From contig JAHQWL010000040.1 of NCBI GenBank assembly GCA_029856155.1, positions 125,032 through 189,031 on the forward strand: a stretch of 64,000 nucleotides of DNA, written 5' to 3'. Below the pieces are notes generated by a model. It did no database searches. It had not been told where the DNA came from and saw nothing but the letters and a program-made list of their open reading frames with translations. The position numbers were made by a program, and so were the translations under genes. This document shows, one piece after another, positions 28,358-38,299 of this stretch. Source of the stretch: Promethearchaeia archaeon. Lineage in GTDB: Archaea; Asgardarchaeota; Lokiarchaeia; Sigyniarchaeales; SOKP01. Each line of letters opens with the position of its first letter. Position 1 is the stretch's first letter.

Positions 28358-29572
28358 TTAAAAAAAATCTGACACTTTTTTCCCTTCTTCAAAAATAGCA
28401 TTAGCTTTCTGCATAATATCAGGAATATCTATTTGTTGTGGACACTTATCAAGGCATTCTCCACATTGAATGCATAAAATTGCTGCTCCATCTACTTCAT
28501 CTCCTTGAGATAATCCTTCTTCTAAAGCTTCTTGCGTTTTTGCCATCCTATCATAAAAGAATGAAATTCTGGTTTTACGTTCCTCGCCCCAATATCCTAG
28601 GTCATTTAATAATCTAAAAACCCATGGAATAGAAACTCCATTTGGACATGGTAAGCAATATCTACAACTAGTACAAGGCACAAGATCAAATTTATCATAC
28701 GCATTACGTAATTCAGAAATCGTTTGCAGTTCGTCTTCAGTTAAACTATTATTAACAGAAAGATTTGCCGATTCGATATTTTCTTTAACTTGTTGCATAT
28801 TGCTCATTCCACTTAACACAACTGAAACTTCAGGATGGCTCCAGACGAATCTTAGAGCCCGTTCAGCCATAGATCTCTTAATTTTTGATTTGCTTAGAAT
28901 ATCTTTAATTTCTGGTTTCTTCCCTAATTTTTTATCTGGAATCGCCAACTTACCACCCCGAATAGGTTCCATGATTATTAATGCAATTTTCTTACTTCCA
29001 GCATATTTAACTCCCTTTGTACCTGCTTGATAATCAACGTCAAGATAATTATATTGAATTTGACAACAATCCCAATCATAATAATCGAGTATTTCTTTAA
29101 AAACTTCAAAATTATCATGGAAGGAAAACCCTGTATATTTAAATAATCCCTTCTCCCTTGCTTCCTCCATTTTTTCAATTAAATTAAAACTTTTAATTTT
29201 CTCTAGTCGATTTTTAGTTAAACCGTGGAAAAGATAAATATCGGGTTTAGTTTGTAATCTTTCAATCTGTTCGTTAAGAAATTTATCAAAATCCTCCCTT
29301 TTCTTAACTAACCAGATTGGTAATTTTGTTGTAAGATGGACTCTCTCGCGATACCCATTTTGAAGCGCTTTTCCCACTATTACTTCACTTTCCCCATTGT
29401 GGTAAGGATAGGCAGTATCGATATAATTTACTCCATTATCTATAGCATAACGAAGCATTTTAATAGCTTCTTCTTCATTCACCGTTGTTTGATCAATCAT
29501 AGGGAATCGCATTGCGCCAAATCCCAGAACAGATACATCCCAACCAAGGGATCCCATTTTCCTATATTTCAT
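28358..29572 (-). CDS. Aldo/keto reductase with C-terminal Fe-S dicluster
   Basis: VSVLGFGAMRFP, DTAYPY, CTSCRYCLPCP, CIQCGECLDKCPQ. Confidence 0.9.
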   Translation of the reverse strand: MKYRKMGSLGWDVSVLGFGAMRFPMIDQTTVNEEEAIKMLRYAIDNGVNYIDTAYPYHNGESEVIVGKALQNGYRERVHLTTKLPIWLVKKREDFDKFLNEQIERLQTKPDIYLFHGLTKNRLEKIKSFNLIEKMEEAREKGLFKYTGFSFHDNFEVFKEILDYYDWDCCQIQYNYLDVDYQAGTKGVKYAGSKKIALIIMEPIRGGKLAIPDKKLGKKPEIKDILSKSKIKRSMAERALRFVWSHPEVSVVLSGMSNMQQVKENIESANLSVNNSLTEDELQTISELRNAYDKFDLVPCTSCRYCLPCPNGVSIPWVFRLLNDLGYWGEERKTRISFFYDRMAKTQEALEEGLSQGDEVDGAAILCIQCGECLDKCPQQIDIPDIMQKANAIFEEGKKVSDFF

Positions 29573-29778
29573 ACTATATTCATAAGTTTTTTATCTTATT
29601 TGATATCTATTATTTTTGCAATATCTATTGTGTACATAGTACAGGTTTTTTTAAAGCTCGCTTTTAAAATAGCAGTAATTTGAATAACGATTTACTAAAT
29701 TTTGAGTGTTTTGCTTTTTATAAATTTATAACTGTTATATTTTTTTAAAATAATTTTTTTAGATAAAGGGAAAATTAT

Positions 29779-29931
29779 ATGAGTATTGATTTGAAATTAA
29801 CAATTGATGCTGAGTTGATAGAATGCCCATTTCTTTCAATATGTGGACTCCCAAAAATTCAATTTTTATGCAAGATTCCCAATTGCAGAAATTGTCCTGA
29901 TTATACTTCCAAATTAGAAAAAATCAAATAG
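29779..29931 (+). CDS. 50-aa Cys-rich hypothetical protein (not in ORF track)
   Basis: MSIDLKLTIDAELIECPFLSICGLPKIQFLCKIPNCRNCPDYTSKLEKIK. Confidence 0.55.
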   Translation: MSIDLKLTIDAELIECPFLSICGLPKIQFLCKIPNCRNCPDYTSKLEKIK

Positions 29932-29954
29932 GAAAACTATTGTTTTTTTACAAG

Positions 29955-30665
29955 TTAAAATTTACTTGTAATTTGGTCTCTATATTTGATATATTCTTTA
30001 ATGAGTTTTATTTTATCAAGCTTAAATCTTTTTAAATTAAGTTCTGAAAGATTATAACCATACACTCTTTCAATAAAATTTGAAATCAGGTAACCTGTGG
30101 CACCCCACACTGTAAAGATTTTTCCATTTTCTTTTTTTGTATAATTAAAATAAAATATAGGAAATTTACTCCCATTAATGTCAACAGCTTGTTCTCTAAA
30201 ATTGATTTTACTTGTGAAAAAATCAATTGGAATTCTCACGATTTCTTGTACTTCTCTGTCATCTTTTACTAATTTTTGATCCTCATCAATAATTCCTACA
30301 AAGGGTGTAATTATGTATCTTGTCATTGTTGGAAAATCATCAAGACACCCTATTATTTTAACTTTATCGGAAGGTACACCTATTTCTTCTTTTGTTTCCC
30401 TAAGAGCAGTGTCTCGTAAAGATCCATCTAATTGAGGGTCAAATTTTCCTCCAGGGAAGGACATTTCACCTCTATGTCTTATCCCCTTATCTGAACGATG
30501 AATTAAAATTAATTCATATGGTTTATCTTTATAGGGAATTATTGAAAAAAGAACAGCTGAACTTGTAAAAAAATTATCTTTTATAGAAATTCTTAGAGGT
30601 GAATCACATTGATATAAAGCTTTTTTTATTATATTTCCATTAAAGATCAAGTTTGCTGAATTCAT
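29955..30665 (-). CDS. CoA pyrophosphatase-type Nudix hydrolase
   Basis: HRGEMSFPGGK...ALRETKEEIG, VWGATG. Confidence 0.9.
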   Translation of the reverse strand: MNSANLIFNGNIIKKALYQCDSPLRISIKDNFFTSSAVLFSIIPYKDKPYELILIHRSDKGIRHRGEMSFPGGKFDPQLDGSLRDTALRETKEEIGVPSDKVKIIGCLDDFPTMTRYIITPFVGIIDEDQKLVKDDREVQEIVRIPIDFFTSKINFREQAVDINGSKFPIFYFNYTKKENGKIFTVWGATGYLISNFIERVYGYNLSELNLKRFKLDKIKLIKEYIKYRDQITSKF

Positions 30666-30751
30666 ATTTGTTTTAGCAAAAATTTTAAGATAATAATAAT
30701 TTAAAAAACATAATATTTTATTCTAATAAAGTTTTTAGCAAGTGGTTAACT

Positions 30752-31054
30752 GTGAAATTTCCAAAGGAGCTTAGAGATAAAAAAGATATAGGTAATTTAG
30801 CTAAAAACAAGACATGTTCGATAAAGGATTGTAGTGAAATTGCTATAAGGTCGCTTTCAGAAAACTCATGGAAAAAATATGTAGAAAAAGCGGGCTTAAA
30901 ATATAATGCGAATTCACGGCATAAGATATTTTTATGTAAAATCCATTACCATCAATCCAATAAATTTAGGAAATCACAAGAAAAGATGTTTCAGAAAAAA
31001 GGATTTTTAGACAATTCAAATGCCGTGAAAAAGGGAAAATGGGGAGATGATTAA
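30752..31054 (+). CDS. Small basic putative Zn-binding protein
   Basis: CSIKDC...LCKIHY. Confidence 0.6.
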   Translation: MKFPKELRDKKDIGNLAKNKTCSIKDCSEIAIRSLSENSWKKYVEKAGLKYNANSRHKIFLCKIHYHQSNKFRKSQEKMFQKKGFLDNSNAVKKGKWGDD

Positions 31055-31176
31055 GGAATTGCAACCATTTGCTCATAAATAGAATTTATTAAACTATACT
31101 GCCCTTGAATAACTCCAATTGTTATTAGTGATATTCCTATTAATAAAATTATAATGGCAATTAATTTATTTCTCAT
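31051..31176 (-). CDS. 41-aa single-TM protein (not in ORF track)
   Basis: MRNKLIAIIILLIGISLITIGVIQGQYSLINSIYEQMVAIP. Confidence 0.5.
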   Translation of the reverse strand: MRNKLIAIIILLIGISLITIGVIQGQYSLINSIYEQMVAIP

Positions 31177-31228
31177 GGTTGTTGTAACTTTTAATATTTC
31201 TTAATAAAAATAGTTTAACCATAAATTT

Positions 31229-32110
31229 CTATTTTGTTAATTTTTCTAATGTGCTAATTTTAGTATTAATTTTTTTCAATTTAAGGTCAAATTCTTTATC
31301 TTTTTCCTTGAATTCATCCTCCGTAAGCTCTTTCGCATGGTATCTACCCTTACTAAGTTTTCTCTCTCCTGATATTTCTGCTTTTTCTAATTTTAAATCT
31401 TGAATCCATAATTTCATCCCTTCTATTAACTCTTCTCTATCAGTTTCTAGCTCAATTTTTTCTTGCTTATATTTTTCTTTTAATTTTTCAAAAGTTTCTT
31501 TATCAACTTTATGTAGTTTATGTTCTCTCGCTAAATTTTCAAGTTGAAATATTTTAGTATCGATATCATTTTGGATCCTTTGAACAATGAAAGGCTCTTC
31601 TAAGTTCTGCTTAATTACGTTCTCTTTTTGTTTTAATTCACTTATTAAGGTTTTTATTGCCTCTAATTTTAAGTTTACTTCTTTTTTAAATTCCATATTA
31701 TAATCATACCTTTCATCTTTCGTTGATTTTGAAATTTCAGTTAATTTGTCAGCAAGAACTTTTTTATTTAATTGAATATCATTATATTCAATATAATAAA
31801 CCATTTGTTCTTTAACTTCTTCAGGAAGAGGTTTTATACCTCTTTTTTCTTTATTTTTTTTGGAAATCTTCTTATCTTTATCTGTTTCTTCCCTATCTAA
31901 AATTCCATCCTTCTGTTCCTCATGCTTTTGTTCTTTTTCTTCTATTTTTTCTTCAACTTTAATTTCTTCTTCCTTTTTTATCTCTTCTTTTCTATCTAAT
32001 CTTTTTGCTGCTTTTGGGATGTCAGTAAGCATTGGTTTACCGCAGATGATACAGTATTTATCTGTTTCTTTTACAGGATTACCACAATAGACACAAAACT
32101 TTGGGCTCAT
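31229..32110 (-). CDS. Zinc-ribbon plus long coiled-coil protein
   Basis: FCVYCG...YCIICG; charged heptads. Confidence 0.65.
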   Translation of the reverse strand: MSPKFCVYCGNPVKETDKYCIICGKPMLTDIPKAAKRLDRKEEIKKEEEIKVEEKIEEKEQKHEEQKDGILDREETDKDKKISKKNKEKRGIKPLPEEVKEQMVYYIEYNDIQLNKKVLADKLTEISKSTKDERYDYNMEFKKEVNLKLEAIKTLISELKQKENVIKQNLEEPFIVQRIQNDIDTKIFQLENLAREHKLHKVDKETFEKLKEKYKQEKIELETDREELIEGMKLWIQDLKLEKAEISGERKLSKGRYHAKELTEDEFKEKDKEFDLKLKKINTKISTLEKLTK

Positions 32111-32274
32111 TACTTCACCATAAAAATATAGTTAGTAAATTATATGTTATCTTAAATTAAAATTATAATTAAAATTAATTGAGTCCGATTTTTGAAATTC
32201 CTTATATTATGTTAAATTTTTAATCAAATTCAATAACAATCTATAAATTTAAGTCATTTTTAATGTAATTAGAG

Positions 32275-33693
32275 ATGGATATTGAAAAGAAAATCCCAAT
32301 ACACATTGGATTGTTTGGACATATCGACTCTGGGAAGACGGCTATAGCAAAAGTAATTAGTGAAATAATTTCTACAGCTGGTATTGATGCACATCCCCAA
32401 AGCAAAGAAAGAGGGATAACAATAGATCTGGGTTTTACAAGTTTTTTATTGGATAAGTATCTAATTACCTTAGTAGATGGCCCCGGTCATGCAGATCTAA
32501 TAAAAATCAGTGCATCCTCAGTAGAAATTATTGATTGCGCTTTAATTGTCATAGATATTAATAAAGGCCCTCAAGTTCAAACGGGAGAGCATCTTGTTAT
32601 GATCGAATCACTTAAAATCGATAAGATCCTTGTGATTCTCAATAAAATCGATCTTTTTACTGGAAACCTTGAAATAGAAATCAATAAAACAAGAGAATTT
32701 TTTGATTCGACCCCTTTCGGTCATGATGTTCCAATTTTTGCTGTTTCTGCAAAAAAGGAAGATGGGTTTGAAGAACTAAAAAATGGAATATTAGAGATGA
32801 TTAATTCATTAAAAATTGAAAGACATAGTGAAGGAGATATTATAATTCCTATTGATCATCATTTCCCTATAAAAGGTATGGGAGCAATATTAACAGGTAC
32901 AATTTTAAATGGAACCCTAAGGTTAAATCAAAATTTAGAGGTATTACCAGTAAATACATCCGGTAGGGTAAAAAACATTCAAATATTCCACCAGAATGTA
33001 GAAATTGCGAAAGCTGGTGACAGAATTGGTGTTAATGTAAAAGGAATAGATTTGAAAAAAGTTTATCGGGGTTGTTATGCTACAAATAACCCAAGTGATT
33101 TTGATTATTGCAATATTATTGAAATAAAGGTAAATAACAATAAACTATTCAAACCCAAGACAAATTTTGGGACACAAGTTCATATTACGATTGGAATGGT
33201 AACAACTACTGGTAAAATTTATCCATATTATGAATTAGATGGAAAAAGAATTCAAACTACAATCAAAAATAAAGATCGAGGGTTTAATGCTTTAATTTTA
33301 TTTAAAGAAAAAGTTCTAATAAGAAAAAAGAGAACAATTATGCTACTTAGTCGATTAGATTTACCTCCTACTACTTTAAGGATATTAGGCTCAGCAGAGT
33401 TATTGAAGATACATAGGAATCCACCTTTCTTTTATAAATACAAAACCAAAAGAGGGACAATAAAAAATCCTGAGCATCCACAAGGAATTATATGCATAGG
33501 ATTGGCGCAAAGCCATATTGGGGCAAAGAAGATTATTGGAAAATTATTAGAATCCCCCTTTACAAAGGTGCTAAATACTTTTGGCACTAAAGGTGCTGTT
33601 ATTGTGGGTGTTGAAAATGAAGACAAGAAGGTAAAAAAAGGAGATTCCGTGTTTCTAAAAGAATTAAGAAGTTATGAACTAAAAAACATTTAA
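32275..33693 (+). CDS. selB: Selenocysteine-specific elongation factor SelB/EFSec
   Basis: GHIDSGKT, ERGITIDLGF, DGPGHADL, NKID, RLDLPPTTLRI, FGTKG. Confidence 0.93.
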   Translation: MDIEKKIPIHIGLFGHIDSGKTAIAKVISEIISTAGIDAHPQSKERGITIDLGFTSFLLDKYLITLVDGPGHADLIKISASSVEIIDCALIVIDINKGPQVQTGEHLVMIESLKIDKILVILNKIDLFTGNLEIEINKTREFFDSTPFGHDVPIFAVSAKKEDGFEELKNGILEMINSLKIERHSEGDIIIPIDHHFPIKGMGAILTGTILNGTLRLNQNLEVLPVNTSGRVKNIQIFHQNVEIAKAGDRIGVNVKGIDLKKVYRGCYATNNPSDFDYCNIIEIKVNNNKLFKPKTNFGTQVHITIGMVTTTGKIYPYYELDGKRIQTTIKNKDRGFNALILFKEKVLIRKKRTIMLLSRLDLPPTTLRILGSAELLKIHRNPPFFYKYKTKRGTIKNPEHPQGIICIGLAQSHIGAKKIIGKLLESPFTKVLNTFGTKGAVIVGVENEDKKVKKGDSVFLKELRSYELKNI

Positions 33694-33733
33694 ATTACTA
33701 AAAATTAATATTATCTTAACAGAGGTGTTAAAA

Positions 33734-34168
33734 TTGGAAAAAGCTAATGATTCTGAAATTGACATCAGCCAAGATATCTTAGATGAATTAATGCGTGCTT
33801 TAGAGAAGTTGGAAGCTTCAACCGATTTGGAAGGAACGGCTGTAGTGTCAAAAACGGGGTTAAGAATTGCTAGTTCTGAAACTGCTGATGTTGTTTGGGA
33901 TATTTATAGCGCCAGTCCTGCTACATTAATTTCCTTAGGGGAAAAAATTAGCCAAGGTTTACAACAAGGTGAATTAAGAGACATTGTTATTAGAGGAACT
34001 AAAGGATATACAATTATTTTGGTTGGATCTGCAGAGAATAATTTTATGTTATTTACTAATTGTAAAAAAGGATACAAGTTAGGGTATTATTTTCACAAGA
34101 TTAGAAAATCCTTTAGAGAAATGGAACCTGTTTTAAAGAAAATTGAAACAAAAGATATGACTTATTAA
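33734..34168 (+). CDS. Roadblock/LC7 domain protein
   Basis: GTAVVSKTGLRIAS...GELRDIVIRGTKGYTII; TTG 33734 after SD. Confidence 0.82.
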   Translation: MEKANDSEIDISQDILDELMRALEKLEASTDLEGTAVVSKTGLRIASSETADVVWDIYSASPATLISLGEKISQGLQQGELRDIVIRGTKGYTIILVGSAENNFMLFTNCKKGYKLGYYFHKIRKSFREMEPVLKKIETKDMTY

Positions 34169-34261
34169 ACCAACTTGTTTATTTTTGGATTTTTGATTTA
34201 TTTAAAAAAGAGAATTGAAGTTAAAATTCAATGTTAATATAATACATCTTTTTAAATAACC

Positions 34262-34654
34262 TTATTCTTTTATCAGCCATTTTACCTCATCTCCGTCATT
34301 TAATGGGTAGTCAGGAGCAGCCATATTTGGCGTATTATTATTAACCATATAAATCCACCCCCCACTAATCCCATCTATTTCATTTACAAATATTCCCCAA
34401 CCAAAATCAACGTATTTAACATCACACCATTTATCTAAAGCATCAAAGGCCGTTGTTTTGCCATTATCTAAAGTAAAATTTTCTTGAGCTTTAATGGTAC
34501 CATTTTTGTAATCAACGATTAAAGAAATGTTGTTAACACTTTCTTTAGGTGGAGTAGTAGGATTATAATTTAATTTGAAATTAACTATTAAAAGCAATGA
34601 AAAACTGGTTATTCCCGCAATTGCTATAAAGAAAAATTTCAATTTTTTATTCAT
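34262..34654 (-). CDS. DUF4430-like membrane-anchored protein
   Basis: TAFDAL, FVNEIDGI, WIYMVN, LNDGDEVKW. Confidence 0.75.
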   Translation of the reverse strand: MNKKLKFFFIAIAGITSFSLLLIVNFKLNYNPTTPPKESVNNISLIVDYKNGTIKAQENFTLDNGKTTAFDALDKWCDVKYVDFGWGIFVNEIDGISGGWIYMVNNNTPNMAAPDYPLNDGDEVKWLIKE

Positions 34655-34696
34655 AGAATGGGTTCACTAATTCAAAAAAAGAAAAATTTTTAATTT

Positions 34697-35509
34697 TTAG
34701 TTTGTTTTTATTTTCTTGCCTAAATTAGAAATCATTACTATTAAAGTTATAGCACTTATAGCACCAAGTAAAAATAAGGGAAACGATGGAATTCCTTGTT
34801 CAGTCTTTTGAAAATTTAATTCATAACCACTTAATTGTATCTCGAGATCAGGACCAAAAATACTCTGAACTTTACTATAGACAAGAATACCAGTTGTTCT
34901 ATCATAAATCATCGTACTATTTTGATTCTTATTATCTTGTTTAAAAGTAAATTCAACTATATAATCATATTCCTTAAAAATAAATTCTCCTGGTAAGAAT
35001 CCCGTATCTAATACCTGTCCTGCAGCTAAGGTTGTTAAGTTTACTAAATTATTAATTTGAATTAGAAAACCAGAATGAAACGAATTATACCCAATAGCTA
35101 AAGATAATCCTGCTTCGCTATTAGATACATTATAGAATGTGGTGTTAGTAACCAACATTCCAGATATATTTTCTATGAAAGATATGTTAATGTAAGGAAT
35201 AGGATTGTTAAAACATGACGCTGATAATGCTAAAGCATCATCCTCATAAAATCCCGTAAAATTAACAACAATCTGACCACCTGAATTTGTAATAGCATCA
35301 CCTCGAGGAACCCAATTTAAATCAAGCCATGTAAATTTTGAATCAAATTGCGTGATATTGTAAATATAAGTTCTATTTAATTCTAATTGTTGGGAATAAT
35401 TTACTGGAATTGTAATATTTGCTCTTGCTGAATTAATTGTTAAAGAGAACAACAATGGAAATACTATAAGAATGATTAACTTTTTGCCTGAAATATGCTT
35501 GAACTTCAC
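34697..35509 (-). CDS. Secreted surface protein with C-terminal anchor (Loki-CTERM-like)
   Basis: Signal peptide, many NxS/T sequons, IPSFP-TM-basic tail. Confidence 0.65.
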   Translation of the reverse strand: MKFKHISGKKLIILIVFPLLFSLTINSARANITIPVNYSQQLELNRTYIYNITQFDSKFTWLDLNWVPRGDAITNSGGQIVVNFTGFYEDDALALSASCFNNPIPYINISFIENISGMLVTNTTFYNVSNSEAGLSLAIGYNSFHSGFLIQINNLVNLTTLAAGQVLDTGFLPGEFIFKEYDYIVEFTFKQDNKNQNSTMIYDRTTGILVYSKVQSIFGPDLEIQLSGYELNFQKTEQGIPSFPLFLLGAISAITLIVMISNLGKKIKTN

Positions 35510-35588
35510 AATAATACACTCCTTTCTTCAGATTCCTTTATAATAATATATAAATACTCTTTATTGATTATTAATAGACAAAGATGTA

Positions 35589-35618
35589 TAGGAAAGTTAA
35601 CCTAGTCTAACTTTCCTA
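35589..35618. promoter_or_regulatory. Perfect 11-8-11 palindrome, candidate operator
   Basis: TAGGAAAGTTA-ACCTAGTC-TAACTTTCCTA, 80 nt upstream of the 35509 gene; related copy at 36331-36360. Confidence 0.6.
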
Positions 35619-35787
35619 ATATATATAAATGATTTTTCTATTTTTAAAGTTTCGAAATTGAATTAAATCTCTAATCTTGGTAATTTGACAATGAATTCAC
35701 AGATCTATAAACTTTATTAATATTTGCCAAATTTGACAAGTAATATTGAATTAGAAGAAATTAAGAGTGTAGAGTAAACTTTTTAAA

Positions 35788-36252
35788 TTAAGGTAAAATT
35801 GTATGCTTTATTTTTTCCTTCAATCCTTGAAGTGCCTTTAACCACGCATTTTCAAAATAGTTACGAGCTTTTTGCCAAACTGGATCCTTTCTCCAGCCAG
35901 TATGGAATAAATGAACAGTTGTTTTATTTGGATGATTGTCATTATGAGAAAAATAGATTATTACATGTGTTAGAGGATCAGCATCATTCATAAAAGATTG
36001 AAAATCAATAGGACCTTTCCAATCAAATGAAAGAAATTTATCTGTTTCAATTCCAGTGACTTTACAACCAATAGTACTATTAATTTCTCTGTTTTCAGGT
36101 TCCCAAAATAGTTCATAATTTCCTCCAACTTTTGGATCTATCTCAGCTTTTTCAGTTAACCAATCCTCTAATAATTCGTTGACAGTAAATAAATTAAATG
36201 CTGTAGAAATATTACAATCTAGTTCTTCTTTAATCAGAATAATGTTCTCCAT
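35788..36252 (-). CDS. SRPBCC/AHSA1 domain protein
   Basis: DPKVGGNYELFW, TTVHLFHTGW, WLKALQGLK. Confidence 0.85.
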   Translation of the reverse strand: MENIILIKEELDCNISTAFNLFTVNELLEDWLTEKAEIDPKVGGNYELFWEPENREINSTIGCKVTGIETDKFLSFDWKGPIDFQSFMNDADPLTHVIIYFSHNDNHPNKTTVHLFHTGWRKDPVWQKARNYFENAWLKALQGLKEKIKHTILP

Positions 36253-36330
36253 ATCAAATTACCTTTTAAACAATTAATTAATTATACTGCACAATATTAT
36301 AAAAGATTTACCTTTAAATCCCTTAGAATT

Positions 36331-36360
36331 TAAAGATTTAAAACTAGTACAAGTTTCCTA
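36331..36360. promoter_or_regulatory. Degenerate second copy of the 35589 palindrome
   Basis: ...AAACTAGTACAAGTTTCCTA; 16 of the last 20 positions match. Confidence 0.45.
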
Positions 36361-36416
36361 AAATTTATAAAATTTAATTTATTTATATTCTTAACCAAAA
36401 TAAAAATGAGATTTAA

Positions 36417-37034
36417 TTGGAATTAGAGTCTGATATAAAAAAACTTGATCAAGAAATATCAAACCATTCAACTTGGCTTGAGAGAAAAACTTTTCGTATA
36501 GTCTTAATTAGCACATTTTCTGCATTAGCAATTGTTTTAGGGTATCTTTTAGCATCTATCCCTAATATAGAATTATTTACTCTAACAATTTTTTTATCTG
36601 GTTTTATACTCGGCAAAAGAGATGGAATGATAATTGGATTTCTAAGTTCATTAATATTCTGTTTTTTTAATCCTTTAGGAGCATCTCCTTTACCACTTTT
36701 AGCTTTCCAAATAATTCATTATTCTATAACCGGATTGTTAGGTGCTTTATTGAGTGATCTTTTACAAAAGAAAAGATCATTTAAATTAGATGACGATTTG
36801 TATCAAATTTCTGTAATGGCTATATTTGCAGGGATTGGGGCATTAATTACTTTGAGCTATCAAATTTTTTCTTCATTAATTTATGTTTTATCTTATTTTG
36901 GTACTATTAGTGAATTCATACCATATTTCCTAACGGGTGCATTATTTACTGCTGTCCATATTATTGGAAATACGCTGGGATTTATTTTTATATTACCTGG
37001 ATTAATCCAGCTAATAAACAAGATGCTCAATTAA
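36417..37034 (+). CDS. ECF transporter S component, CbrT-like
   Basis: IPNIELFT...G...G...G pattern, six TM helices, HIIGN; near DUF4430 gene. Confidence 0.7.
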   Translation: MELESDIKKLDQEISNHSTWLERKTFRIVLISTFSALAIVLGYLLASIPNIELFTLTIFLSGFILGKRDGMIIGFLSSLIFCFFNPLGASPLPLLAFQIIHYSITGLLGALLSDLLQKKRSFKLDDDLYQISVMAIFAGIGALITLSYQIFSSLIYVLSYFGTISEFIPYFLTGALFTAVHIIGNTLGFIFILPGLIQLINKMLN

Positions 37035-37048
37035 AAAGAATTAAAAAT

Positions 37049-37186
37049 TTAAAAAATAGCCAAAAATGCAATAGTTGTTGGCAACATCATTATTAGGATT
37101 AATATAATACAAATTAATAAGCACATTTTTCTCCGATTTGACTCTTCTCCGTCATCATCTGTCTCATTCAGATGTTCTATTTCCAT
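37049..37186 (-). CDS. 45-aa tail-anchored membrane protein (not in ORF track)
   Basis: MEIEHLNETDDDGEESNRRKMCLLICIILILIMMLPTTIAFLAIF. Confidence 0.5.
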   Translation of the reverse strand: MEIEHLNETDDDGEESNRRKMCLLICIILILIMMLPTTIAFLAIF

Positions 37187-37257
37187 CTTAAAATCTCTTA
37201 TATAAATATGTTTTTAAATATTTAATAAAAAAGGAATAATGATGATTTATACTTAAT

Positions 37258-37740
37258 CTAATCTACTTGAGATAATAGCGTAATCTTGCCACCAGCGGCT
37301 TCTACTTTTTCAATAGCCTTTTGAGATGCTTTATTTACCGTTATATTAATTACTTTATTTACTTCTCCTTTTCCCAAAACTTTTTGAATATTAATTTCAT
37401 TCATGTTGATGTTATATGTATTTCCAGATTTTGTCGCTTTATTGTTCAGAACGAAACTATCAATTCTTTGATCTATATCCTTAACATTAATTGCATTAAT
37501 ATTATAAATTCTAACTATATCTTGTGGTCTTTTAAAACCTTTTTTCCCCATTTCCCAATCTGGGTCTGGGAATCCAAGTTCTTTTTGTTTTAAATAATAA
37601 CTTTTTTTACTTTTTTTCCATTGAGTAGTTTTCCCTCTACCAGCACGTTGTCCCGTTTTTCTATGTTGCCCTACTCTTCCATAACCATGAGTACGTCTAC
37701 CTCTCATCTTTCGGACCTTTTTTGGAAATTTCCTTGTAAT
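37258..37740 (-). CDS. rpl15: Ribosomal protein uL15 (probable ATT start at 37740)
   Basis: (M)TRKFPKKVRKMRGRRTHGYG..., KVLGKG, KAIEKVEAAGG; GGTGA 6 nt before ATT. Confidence 0.93.
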   Translation of the reverse strand: MTRKFPKKVRKMRGRRTHGYGRVGQHRKTGQRAGRGKTTQWKKSKKSYYLKQKELGFPDPDWEMGKKGFKRPQDIVRIYNINAINVKDIDQRIDSFVLNNKATKSGNTYNINMNEINIQKVLGKGEVNKVINITVNKASQKAIEKVEAAGGKITLLSQVD

Positions 37741-37757
37741 ACTCTTTCACCTTTTTA

Positions 37758-38282
37758 TTATAACATTTTATGAATTAATTCATTGATATATAGTCCAATA
37801 TTACCAAGCGTTCCTCCTTCCTTATAATGCTTTTTAATAGATCCTCGATGTCCTTTTCGTGGGGGATGTAATCGGAATACTGGTTTAATTTTGTAAATTT
37901 CTTTTTCTCGATATTTTATTTCTCCATTTAGTAATGCTTTTGCTAATTCTTTAAAATTTTTGTAATTGGTTAAATTCTTAATATGCTCCTCTGTTAGTGA
38001 TACATTTCCTTCTACTTTTCCTCGTACTCTTAATAGTCTAATCAAGGTTTTTTCATCAATTTCTCCATAAGCAATATAATCTTTACATTTTACTAACATT
38101 CCTTTATATGAGGGATTACCCCATACAAGCACACCGTGATTTACCTTATGCATTCTTAGCATCTTTAATGTATCTAAAATTTTGCCCTTCATACCTGGGG
38201 CTCCTCTAATACGAACAGCGAAATACAATTTTGGTGTAAATTCTGTTTGTTTTAATTTTGATTTCTTTTTTGCCATAGACAT
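37758..38282 (-). CDS. rpl30: Ribosomal protein uL30
   Basis: AVRIRG, DTLKMLR, FRLHPPRKG. Confidence 0.93.
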   Translation of the reverse strand: MSMAKKKSKLKQTEFTPKLYFAVRIRGAPGMKGKILDTLKMLRMHKVNHGVLVWGNPSYKGMLVKCKDYIAYGEIDEKTLIRLLRVRGKVEGNVSLTEEHIKNLTNYKNFKELAKALLNGEIKYREKEIYKIKPVFRLHPPRKGHRGSIKKHYKEGGTLGNIGLYINELIHKML

Positions 38283-38299
38283 TTAAACACCACTCTTTT

